Positions 18,795-26,460 of a stretch of 52,491 nucleotides of DNA are shown here, piece after piece. The DNA is from Chloroflexota bacterium (GTDB taxonomy: Bacteria > Chloroflexota > Limnocylindria > Limnocylindrales > CSP1-4), in contig JANYJI010000185.1 of the NCBI GenBank assembly GCA_025358525.1, forward strand, positions 1-52,491, in the 5' to 3' direction. The position numbers and the translations under genes were made by a program. Under the pieces are notes generated by a model. That model ran no database searches. It was not told where the DNA came from and saw nothing but the letters and a program-made list of their open reading frames with translations. Within the stretch, counting starts at the first letter, position 1. Each line of letters begins with the position of its first letter.

Positions 18795-18994
18795 CAGTTG
18801 ATACCCCGGGCAACCAGGCAATTACCGGCGTCGGCGCGGCCAAGCCGATCCGACCCGAATAGATCCCCGGTTTCGACAATCTCGCGGCCTTCCAGCCAGC
18901 CGAGGAGGCCGACAGGGCGCTCGGTCCGCTCATGCAACTCGTGCTGGCGCCGACCATATGTGCGCCGACGGCTGGCCTGGTGGTGCTTGCTCAT
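18794..18994 (-). CDS. small basic hypothetical protein (66 aa) between rsmH and ftsL
   Basis: Strong SD: GAAAGGAGGAACCG then ATG at 18994. The stop codon overlaps the ftsL-like ATG by 1 nt. Sequence MSKHHQASRRRTYGRRQHELHERTERPVGLLGWLEGREIVETGDLFGSDRLGRADAGNCLVARGIN; no family recognised. Confidence 0.5.
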   Translation of the reverse strand: MSKHHQASRRRTYGRRQHELHERTERPVGLLGWLEGREIVETGDLFGSDRLGRADAGNCLVARGIN

Positions 18995-19016
18995 CGGTTC
19001 CTCCTTTCTCGTTGGG

Positions 19017-20027
19017 CTAGGCGGCAACGCGCTCGGCGGCCCGTAGCCGGGCGCTTCGACAGCGTGGATTAGCTGAGATCTCCTCAACGCTCGGCGGGCG
19101 CGACTTGCCCAGCAAACGCAGACGGGGCAGGCGGCCGCAGACGCAAATCGGCACCTCAGGCGGGCAGATGCAACCTCGCTGCTCGGCAGCCATGAAGCGC
19201 TTGACGATGCGGTCCTCCAGGGAGTGGTAGCTCAGGACCACTAGACGTCCGCCTGGCCGGAGCAACACCAGCGAGGCGGCCAGGCCGGCTTCCAGGTTCG
19301 TCAGCTCGTCGTTGACGGCGATCCGGAGGGCCTGGAAAACCCGCGTGGCCGGGTGTATACGGCGTCCCTTTGACGTCGGCACGGCCCGCTCCACAAGCGC
19401 CGCGAGCTGCTCGGCCGTCACCACCGGTGTGTGGCTCCGGCTCTCGACGATCGTGCGTGCGATTCGTCCGGCGAACGGCTCCTCCCCGTACCGACGGAAG
19501 AGCGCCGCCAGTTCGCCGGCCTCCATCGTCGCCAGCAGGTCGGCAGCGGGACGGCCCCGGCCGGTGTCGAAACGCATGTCCAGACGTCCGCCGGCCCGGA
19601 ACCCGAAGCCCCGCTCCACGTCGACGAGCTGGTAGCTCGACAGACCAAGATCCAGGAAGAGGCCATCGACCTGGCGGAAGCCCGCCTCCGGCGCCACTTC
19701 GGCCAGCTGCCCGAAGTTTGTCTGACGCAAAACGACACGATCCCCGAAACGGGCCAGGCGCCGGGCACTCCTGGCGATGGCCGCCCCATCGGCGTCCAGT
19801 CCGAGGAGACGGCCGTCGGGGGCCGATGCCTCCAGGATCCGCTCTGCGTGGCCGGCTCCACCGAGGGTGGCGTCGATCTGGAGGCTGCCTGGACGCGGGG
19901 CGAGAATCTCAACGACCTCGCCTGCCATCACCGGCAGGTGCCCTACCTCCCGTTCGGCGCCCCCCTCGAGGGAGCCGTCGGCGGTGATACCACCGGCTGC
20001 TGCGTCGAGCGGGTCCTTGAAAGTCAT
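19017..20027 (-). CDS. rsmH: 16S rRNA (cytosine1402-N4)-methyltransferase
   Basis: 336 aa. HLPVMAGEVV, DATLGGAGHA, FLDLGLSSYQLD, SYHSLEDRIVK and CxCG near the C-terminus. Confidence 0.95.
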   Translation of the reverse strand: MTFKDPLDAAAGGITADGSLEGGAEREVGHLPVMAGEVVEILAPRPGSLQIDATLGGAGHAERILEASAPDGRLLGLDADGAAIARSARRLARFGDRVVLRQTNFGQLAEVAPEAGFRQVDGLFLDLGLSSYQLVDVERGFGFRAGGRLDMRFDTGRGRPAADLLATMEAGELAALFRRYGEEPFAGRIARTIVESRSHTPVVTAEQLAALVERAVPTSKGRRIHPATRVFQALRIAVNDELTNLEAGLAASLVLLRPGGRLVVLSYHSLEDRIVKRFMAAEQRGCICPPEVPICVCGRLPRLRLLGKSRPPSVEEISANPRCRSARLRAAERVAA

Positions 20028-20036
20028 ATCGGCTAC

Positions 20037-20465
20037 CTACAGCCCGAGGCCGGTCAGCTGGCTCGCCAGCGCGTCGGCCGAGTCGAAGCCCTTCTGGAAT
20101 GAGGACCACCGATCGGGAGCCCAGACTTCGACGTGATCCCATGCCCCGACCACGACTGCATCGCCGGCCAGACCGGCCCAATCGCGAATAGCGGCCGGCA
20201 GGACTATGCGACCCTGGCTGTCGCGCTCGACCTCGAAGGCACTGGACGCGAGGAAACGCGAGACGGCCCGGGCCTTCTCATCGGCCAACGGCAGAACGGA
20301 AACCTTTGCGGCCAGGGCCTCGAAGGCGGGCCGCGGAAACAGCGCGGCGCAGCCGTCGACCCACCGGATCACCACCGCACCCTCTTCGAGTTGCAGGCGG
20401 AAACGGGCCGGAATGGCTACCCGACCCTTCGCGTCCACCGCATGCCTGTACTCGCCGGTGAACAT
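20037..20465 (-). CDS. mraZ: division/cell wall cluster transcriptional regulator MraZ
   Basis: MFTGEYRHAVDAKGRVAIPARFR... with a second SpoVT/AbrB-like repeat DSQGRIVLPAAIR. I trimmed the track ORF (start 20600) to ATG 20465, giving a typical 142 aa. Confidence 0.93.
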   Translation of the reverse strand: MFTGEYRHAVDAKGRVAIPARFRLQLEEGAVVIRWVDGCAALFPRPAFEALAAKVSVLPLADEKARAVSRFLASSAFEVERDSQGRIVLPAAIRDWAGLAGDAVVVGAWDHVEVWAPDRWSSFQKGFDSADALASQLTGLGL

Positions 20466-20595
20466 CTTCCAATCGCCTGTCTGCTCAGTCCGCGGATATG
20501 GCCGCGAGTCCATGTCTGCGGCTGGTGGTGAGTGGCCTTCGCTGGGTCCATTCCCCACCGGAGGTCTCTGGGCTGGGGCGGTATCGCCGCCTTCA

Positions 20596-20642
20596 CCCAC
20601 TTATCACCACTTATCGCCACTTCGCGGATCATACACCCACTT
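20596..20642 (-). promoter_or_regulatory. four phased direct repeats AAGTGG(G/T/C) = candidate MraZ operator
   Basis: Plus strand shows cccactt (20596), accactt (20606), gccactt (20616) and cccactt (20636). Spacing is 10, 10 and 20 bp, all on one helical face, about 130 nt upstream of the mraZ ATG. Resembles the described TGGGN/AAAGTGG direct-repeat MraZ boxes. Confidence 0.6.
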
Positions 20643-20833
20643 TGGGCGTCGTCAACGGACGTATCAAAGCGGCTCGGACGACGGTCGGAGTGAGGCTAGT
20701 GCCTCGGATCCGGATCGGGTCCGGCGCTAGACTCAGGCGGGCGTCTGGAGCCATCCGGCTGTCAGCCGGGTTGTGGATAGGGCGAATGGGCCACCCGGAG
20801 GAGTGACATGCGGATCCTGGCCTTGAGACCAGT

Positions 20834-21112
20834 GTGGAGGGCGTCAGCTCAAGCCAGTTCACACGCGAGATCGCAGCCGCGGAGGCGCGGCGGGCTTGGG
20901 ATCTCCATCAGGCCGGAACGATTCGAGAGCTCTACTTCCGGGCCGATTTTCCCGCCGCCGTGCTCGTGCTCGAATGCGCAGATGTGGTCCAGGCGCAAAT
21001 GGCCCTGGCCTCGCTACCGATGGTAGCGGCCGGGCTGATCAGGTTCGAGGTAGTACCGCTGCGGGCCTATCCCGGGTTTGCGCGGCTGTTCGGCGCTACC
21101 GAGCAGGCGTGA
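20834..21112 (+). CDS. muconolactone delta-isomerase-like (dimeric alpha/beta-barrel) protein, N-terminus probably displaced by a frameshift
   Basis: 92 aa as called (GTG start). REIAAAEARRAWDLHQAGTIRELYFRADFPAAVLVLECADVVQAQMALASLPMVAAGLIRFEVVPLRAYP resembles the MIase-like family. An SD plus ATG at 20808 in another frame encodes MRILAL, a plausible missing first strand. Confidence 0.6.
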   Translation: MEGVSSSQFTREIAAAEARRAWDLHQAGTIRELYFRADFPAAVLVLECADVVQAQMALASLPMVAAGLIRFEVVPLRAYPGFARLFGATEQA

Positions 21113-21497
21113 CGCACGGCAGCGCGCTGACCGGTCCCGGGATGTAGAGCGCCACCCAGGCAGACAGCTCGCAGCTGAGTTCCTCGGCCAGTTGCGGGCC
21201 GGCTCCGTGGCGCTCATAGGACTGCCTGAAGGCGGTCACGATTCTGATCAGATCGACTCGGGCTTGGCCATTCCACTCCAGGGCGGGGCACATGCCGCGA
21301 AGATGGCAGTCCTCCTCCTCCGAAAAGTGGCGAACGGAGTAGTCGCCGAAGTCGCGCAGAGCCCTCTCCACGATCGATCGGTCGCTGCCGCTCTCGATCG
21401 TAGCCAGCAGGGCGTCTGCTCGCTCCACAATGGCGCGACGCTGCGAATCCAGCGCTGGGGCGCCTATCTCCATGCTGGGTTGCCACCCGATCGACAT
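21096..21497 (-). CDS. hemerythrin-like domain protein with degenerate metal ligands
   Basis: 133 aa. Good SD (GAAGGAG, 9-nt spacing). W.PSMEIGAPALDSQRR and YSVRHFSEEE align to the hemerythrin W...S.G...iD.qHk and Y...HF..EE motifs, but several His positions are replaced. Confidence 0.7.
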   Translation of the reverse strand: MSIGWQPSMEIGAPALDSQRRAIVERADALLATIESGSDRSIVERALRDFGDYSVRHFSEEEDCHLRGMCPALEWNGQARVDLIRIVTAFRQSYERHGAGPQLAEELSCELSAWVALYIPGPVSALPCVTPAR

Positions 21498-21519
21498 TCC
21501 GCAGGCTCCTTCGCTCGTT

Positions 21520-21540
21520 CAGGCCGCCGTCAGCGGCCTG
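21520..21540 (-). terminator. 8-bp GC stem-loop between the MCP gene and the hemerythrin-like gene
   Basis: CAGGCCGC-cgtca-GCGGCCTG read directly. No U-tract. Confidence 0.3.
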
Positions 21541-21668
21541 CTGCTATGACGCCTCACGAGCACGTCCGTCAGACAGTGCCATTGGGCCCACGGAGTGATG
21601 ACCTGACCACTACCTGTGGCTCCGAGAGGGTAGGCCGCCTATGGACTACACCTCAACCTGACGGCCTT

Positions 21669-23708
21669 CTATGCCGCCCAGCGCGGACGTTCGGCTGACT
21701 GACTCGCTGGCAGGTCCACGGGGCCGACGTACCCCTCGCCGCTCTGAGCGGTCCTGAATCGACCCGCAAGGGTCTCCAACGATCCAGCCATGGTGGCCAG
21801 GGTCGAGGCCGAGGCAACGACTTCCTCCGCCTGACCGGACATCTCCTCGGTCGCGGCGGAGACCTCCTCGGCTGAGGCCGAGTTCTCCTCGCTGATGGCC
21901 GCAATCGACTCGACTGCTCGTGCGACCTGCTCGGCGCTGCCTGACATCGACTCCGCGGCCGCATTCGTCTCCTGGGCGATGGCGGCGATTGCGTCGGACG
22001 CCGAAACCAGGCCGGCGCTCGACGACTGCATGTCCTCCATTGCCCTGACGATGCGGCTGACGGCCGCGTTCGAGGATCCGACTGCCGACGCGATCTCATC
22101 GAGGGCGGCGCCCGACCTGAACGCCAGCTCCGTTCCGGACTCGACCTCACGCGCGCCGGCCTGCATGGCCGAGACGGCCTCGGCGGTGCCCGACTGGACC
22201 TCGCCGATCAGAGCCGCAATCTCCTTGGTGGCGCGCGACGAGCGCTCGGCGAGCTTACGCACCTCGTCCGCGACCACGGCAAAGCCCTTGCCCTGCTCGC
22301 CCGCTCGGGCCGCCTCGATGGCGGCGTTCAACGCCAGCAGGTTTGTCTGTTCGGCGATGTCGTCGATCGTCTCGACAATGGCCCCAATCTGCCCGCCCTT
22401 GGCGCCAAGCTCGGTCACCTTGACGGACGCCTGCTCGACTGTCTGCTTGATGCGGGCCATGCCGTCGACTGTCTGGCGAACAGTCTGAGAGCCGTTGGCG
22501 GCAGCCTCGCCGACGGCCGCGCCCAAGCTCTGGACGTCGACCGAGGCACGTGAGGCAGAGCGGATGGAGCGGGTCATCTGATTGACCGCGGCGGCCTGCG
22601 ACTCGACGCTCCGGGCAGTATCGGCGGACCCACAGCGAACCTGCTCGATCACCGTTCGCAGATCGTTGACGGCGCTGGCTGTGTCGCCGGCGGCGCGGGC
22701 CTGGTCCTCTGCGCCCGAAGCTACCTGGCTCATGGTTTGGGCGATCTGCTGCGATCCGTGCCCAGACTGCATCGCCGCATGGTTCACCTCGGTCGAGGTG
22801 CGAGTCACCGACTGGGCCGCCATATGGACCTCGTCGAGGGCTGACGAGAGATTCGTCCGGGCTTTCTCGTAACTCTCCATGGTTCCCTGGAGTCGGTCGA
22901 GCATGACGTTGGTGGCCACGGCCATCTGGCCGATCTCGTCCGACCCGTACCTGTCGATTCGGGCCGTCGCGGACTGAATGCGAATCGTCAGGTCGTTGGC
23001 GGCCAGGGCAGCGAGCCCCGCCTCTAGGCTTGTCATGCCGTGCTCGGACATGGAACTGAGGGTGGAGTGGACCTCCCTGATCCCTTTCACGATGCGGCTG
23101 GCGAGGAAGAACGCCAGAGCGCCTCCGACGGTCACGGCGAGGGCGAAGCCGCCAAGCATAAAGAGCGGCAGGGCGACCATCAGGCCGTTGGCATCCACCG
23201 CCGCACCGTCCGCACCTTTTGCCACGGCGCCCCCAAGGCCATCTATGTCGGCGGCCAATTTATTGAACATCGTCGCCGGTTGGCCGTTTCGAAGCGTCGC
23301 CAGAGTTGACGCGCTGCTCGTCAGACTAATCGTCTCGGTGTCGTAGGCCGCCCATTCCGCTTTCACTTTGCCCACGGTCGATCGCTCATCAGCCGTAAGG
23401 GCCAACCCGGCCAACTTCTGGAGGGAATCGACGACCTCGGTCCGCTGCTTGGCCATGGCTGCCTGGGCCGCTGACCGAGCAGCGGAGTCGCCAGCCATCG
23501 CGTAGTCAACCTGGTCGGAACGGAACTCGACCGCCGCCAGATGGAGTTCGCCCACGAGGCGGGTCGCCGGCGTGTGGATGTTGTACAGGGCGGTGACATC
23601 GTTTCGGGCAGCAGTTGCAAAGACGACCGCCGCCCCGGCCGCGAAAGCCATGGTGGCGAAGACGGCGCCGAACACGGCCAGCAGCTTGAACTGAAGCGAG
23701 CGACGCAT
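21669..23708 (-). CDS. methyl-accepting chemotaxis protein (two TM segments, periplasmic 4-helix-bundle-like domain, HAMP, MA domain)
   Basis: Highly conserved hairpin tip [40 protein letters not shown]1 is [23 protein letters not shown] and TM2 is [25 protein letters not shown] trimmed the start to ATG 23708 ([10 protein letters not shown]...) with SD AAGGTGA. Confidence 0.9.
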   Translation of the reverse strand: MRRSLQFKLLAVFGAVFATMAFAAGAAVVFATAARNDVTALYNIHTPATRLVGELHLAAVEFRSDQVDYAMAGDSAARSAAQAAMAKQRTEVVDSLQKLAGLALTADERSTVGKVKAEWAAYDTETISLTSSASTLATLRNGQPATMFNKLAADIDGLGGAVAKGADGAAVDANGLMVALPLFMLGGFALAVTVGGALAFFLASRIVKGIREVHSTLSSMSEHGMTSLEAGLAALAANDLTIRIQSATARIDRYGSDEIGQMAVATNVMLDRLQGTMESYEKARTNLSSALDEVHMAAQSVTRTSTEVNHAAMQSGHGSQQIAQTMSQVASGAEDQARAAGDTASAVNDLRTVIEQVRCGSADTARSVESQAAAVNQMTRSIRSASRASVDVQSLGAAVGEAAANGSQTVRQTVDGMARIKQTVEQASVKVTELGAKGGQIGAIVETIDDIAEQTNLLALNAAIEAARAGEQGKGFAVVADEVRKLAERSSRATKEIAALIGEVQSGTAEAVSAMQAGAREVESGTELAFRSGAALDEIASAVGSSNAAVSRIVRAMEDMQSSSAGLVSASDAIAAIAQETNAAAESMSGSAEQVARAVESIAAISEENSASAEEVSAATEEMSGQAEEVVASASTLATMAGSLETLAGRFRTAQSGEGYVGPVDLPASQSAERPRWAA

Positions 23709-24024
23709 GACATCACCTTTCGAGGGCGGGCGGGCGCCACAAAAGGCACTGCCGAAAGGGCTGGCACACGCCCGCCCGGCAGTTCCCCGTAACGCCGGTG
23801 GGCCAACAGACCAGGACGGCACCACCCATCGCCTGGGTAACCCCTACAGGTTTCGGCTGAATGCACCACCGAGATGAATTCAAGTGCCCAGTCGCGGCGC
23901 GGACCGTTGGCGAGTGCCGATCGCGTCAGCGCCGACGCGCCAATGGCGGGCTGCCGAGTCCATCGGCAGGAACTCCAGACCTGCCTTCGCGCGGCGGCAG
24001 AACTGCACGAGCATCACAGAGCGG

Positions 24025-25080
24025 CTAACGGGTCGGCGGGGGGATCTTAAGCTGGTCGCCGGTGCGGATGACGTTCGAACTGCCGAGCCACGGATTCATC
24101 GACCGGACCTTGGCCAGGTCCACGCCGAAGAAGTCGGCGATATACGCCAATCGGTCCCCAGGGCCGACTGTGTAGACGTAGCAGCTGGCCTGGCCCGCAC
24201 AGGGCACGACCCGGTCCATGCGCGATGCCGTAGCGCCGGGCGGCCATGAGGAGGCCGGGGTGGGCGCAACCGTCGGTGTCGGCAAGACGGTCGGTAACGG
24301 CTGGACCGAGGGGGAGGCGGATGGCCCGACGGGGGCACTGGCTGTCGGCGTAGCCGAAGGTTTGGGGGTGGCGATCTGCGATGGTGTTGCCGACGGCTGG
24401 GTGACCAGCCCGTGCGCCACGGAGGGGCTTGGAGCTCCGCCGCCAAATGGCGGCAGAGCCAGAACTACGGTCACGATGGCCAGGAGAGCCACGACAACGA
24501 GGCCGACCCCAAGGATCGTGAGCACTGGAATGGGCTTCCGGGGCTGTTCCTGCGCCTGCGTTGACTGACTCTCATTGGCGAGCAGGGTTCCGCGAAGGTA
24601 GCGGGGACAGCTGACGTGCACGCGCTGGAGACAAACCAGTTCCTGCTGGCGCAGGGATAGCGGTAGCGGGTCCCCAAAAGCCGCGCAGCGGTGTGTCGGC
24701 ACCGCCGTTTTCTGGGCCTCGATCAGTCGCCCATCCGGACCGACGCTGCGGAGGAAGTGACAGCGCAGTGGGCCGGCGCTGGAGGGCATGGGCTCGGCCC
24801 ACGGCCGGAAGCGCGGCGCGAGATCGATTGCCTCGCCTCCGCCAGCCGGCTGTCCGCCGAGCGGACTGGCCATGGACGGGCCGCCGGTAGACCCCAAGGC
24901 GGAGGAGCCGGAATCGGACCCCGAATCGTCGGCCGTGCTTGCCCCGATCAGGCCACTCTGATCGCCGAGCAGGTTGCCGCCTCGCGCGATCCTGGCCCTC
25001 CCCAGGCGGATCTGCTGCTCGTCAGGCGGCGTCGTGCCCCCGCGGCCGTTCGGGTTGTTCGAGCCTCCGTCAGCGTCCAC
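24025..25080 (-). CDS. single-pass membrane protein: cytoplasmic Cys/His-rich module, P/T-rich linker, C-terminal LysM domain
   Basis: LysM: YVYTVGPGDRLAYIADFFGVDLAKVRSMNPWLGSSNVIRTGDQLKIP. TM: IPVLTILGVGLVVVALLAIVTVVLAL. The track ORF starts at 25317; I prefer GTG 25080, preceded by GGCAGGAGAGATC. The start is uncertain. Confidence 0.7.
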   Translation of the reverse strand: MDADGGSNNPNGRGGTTPPDEQQIRLGRARIARGGNLLGDQSGLIGASTADDSGSDSGSSALGSTGGPSMASPLGGQPAGGGEAIDLAPRFRPWAEPMPSSAGPLRCHFLRSVGPDGRLIEAQKTAVPTHRCAAFGDPLPLSLRQQELVCLQRVHVSCPRYLRGTLLANESQSTQAQEQPRKPIPVLTILGVGLVVVALLAIVTVVLALPPFGGGAPSPSVAHGLVTQPSATPSQIATPKPSATPTASAPVGPSASPSVQPLPTVLPTPTVAPTPASSWPPGATASRMDRVVPCAGQASCYVYTVGPGDRLAYIADFFGVDLAKVRSMNPWLGSSNVIRTGDQLKIPPPTR

Positions 25081-25347
25081 GATCTCTCCTGCCCTCGTGA
25101 TGTCGACCGGCAGGTAGAGCCGGGCAGCCGACGCCCGGCAGTCTAATACCTTTCGAGGCCCGTCGTTCCGCGAACTGCGACACCCGGGTACCAACGCGGA
25201 CCACGGCGACGGGCAAGAACGATGGATTACCGCCCAACGGCGAGCCGATCGCGGCGGCATAGAAGGAAATCCGGGCAAGATCGTAGGCCCAAGGGGCCTC
25301 GCACCGAAGACACTCAAGGGCCTAGCACTCAGGCCTCAGGGATAGAG

Positions 25348-25726
25348 AAACGGCGAGCCGGCCTGTAAGCCGAGTTCTGTACCGCGACTCAGGTCACGGC
25401 GACGATCATCCATCTACGGCCGCCGGTTACCCGACGGCTCAAGCGGCCGACCCGAGGACTGGGCAGCGCGACCTCTTCCGTCCGAGCCCTCGGTTGCCCG
25501 AGCACCCGAACTGCGTCCTCCTATTTGGCCTTGCTCCGAGCAGAGTTTACCGCGTTTCACATCCCGTCCCGAGCTGATCTCAGACCGGGCTACGTCTCTG
25601 TGGCACTAGTCCTCGCCTCACGGCGGACGGGCGTTACCCGCTACCCTGCGCTGAAGAGCTCGGACTTTCCTCGAACCGCGGGCCGTGAGGCCCGTCGTCC
25701 GCGATCGTCCAGCCGACTCGCCGGCC
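25348..25726 (-). ncRNA. rnpB: RNase P RNA (bacterial, type-A-like core)
   Basis: The reverse complement contains the universal blocks GAGGAAAGTCCGAGCTC, CAGGGTAGCGGGTAACGCCCG, AGTGCCACAGAGA, GGTAAACTC, CGGAGCAAGGCCAAATAGG, GCTTGAGCC, TAGATGGATGA and ACAGAACTCGGCTTACAG. P1 pairs CGGCGAGTCGGCT with GGCCGGCTCGCCG. Ends are good to about +/-5 nt. Confidence 0.92.
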
Positions 25727-25814
25727 GGGATTGTAGTCCCCCGCGGCGTGACCGCCAAATCCGGATCGGAAATGCAACCGCGGAACGAGGCTTCCCACGG
25801 GAAGAGGATTTGAA

Positions 25815-26426
25815 TTGGATCCCCAAGCCGACACCAGGCCGAAGACTGAGGCGGTTCGCGTCAGGCGCGCCACCGCGAACGACGCCCGAGCCATTGCCGA
25901 GATCGTCGTTCGCGGCTGGCAGGTCGCGTACCACGGCATCCTGCCGAACGACTTCCTGGCTGGCCTGTCCGTCGCCGCACGCGAGGTGGCATGGCAGGCG
26001 AGACTTGATAGCCCGGTGGCGGAACGCGGGCCAGGCGATGCGGCGGACGGTGCGACGGCCAGCGACGCAGACGCCGCGGCGGCAGGAGCTCCAACCTGGG
26101 TCGCGGAGCAGGCGGGACGGGTACTCGGTTTCGTGGCCAGCGGTCCGCCCCGCGACGAGGACGTGCCGCCCCCCGCGGCCGAGATATACGCCATCTACGT
26201 CATGCCCGGGGAGTGGCGGAGCGGCCTCGGCCATGCCTTGTTGACGACCGCCGTGGATTACTGGCGCGAGCGTGGAACCACAACGTTCGTGCTGTGGGTC
26301 ATAGAGGCGAACGTCCATGGCCGCGCCTTCTATGAGGCGATGGCCTGGCGGCCAGACCGCGCCTATCAGGCCATCGACCTCGGCGGCTTCACCACGATAG
26401 AGGTCCGCTACCGCCTTCGCCCCTGA
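25815..26426 (+). CDS. GNAT-family N-acetyltransferase
   Basis: 203 aa. VRRATANDARAIAEI..., WVAEQAGRVLGFVASGP and IYVMPGEWRSGLGHALL (acetyl-CoA-binding R/Q-x-x-G-x-G/A motif). The start (TTG 25815) is uncertain. Confidence 0.8.
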   Translation: MDPQADTRPKTEAVRVRRATANDARAIAEIVVRGWQVAYHGILPNDFLAGLSVAAREVAWQARLDSPVAERGPGDAADGATASDADAAAAGAPTWVAEQAGRVLGFVASGPPRDEDVPPPAAEIYAIYVMPGEWRSGLGHALLTTAVDYWRERGTTTFVLWVIEANVHGRAFYEAMAWRPDRAYQAIDLGGFTTIEVRYRLRP

Positions 26427-26460
26427 CCCCCCGCGGCCGAGACTCAGGGGTCCCCTCGCG

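Noticed and set aside
20466-20600. 45-aa N-terminal extension of the mraZ ORF
   Set aside because: MraZ homologs begin at MFxGEY. The extension is G/P-rich and would run toward the operator repeats.
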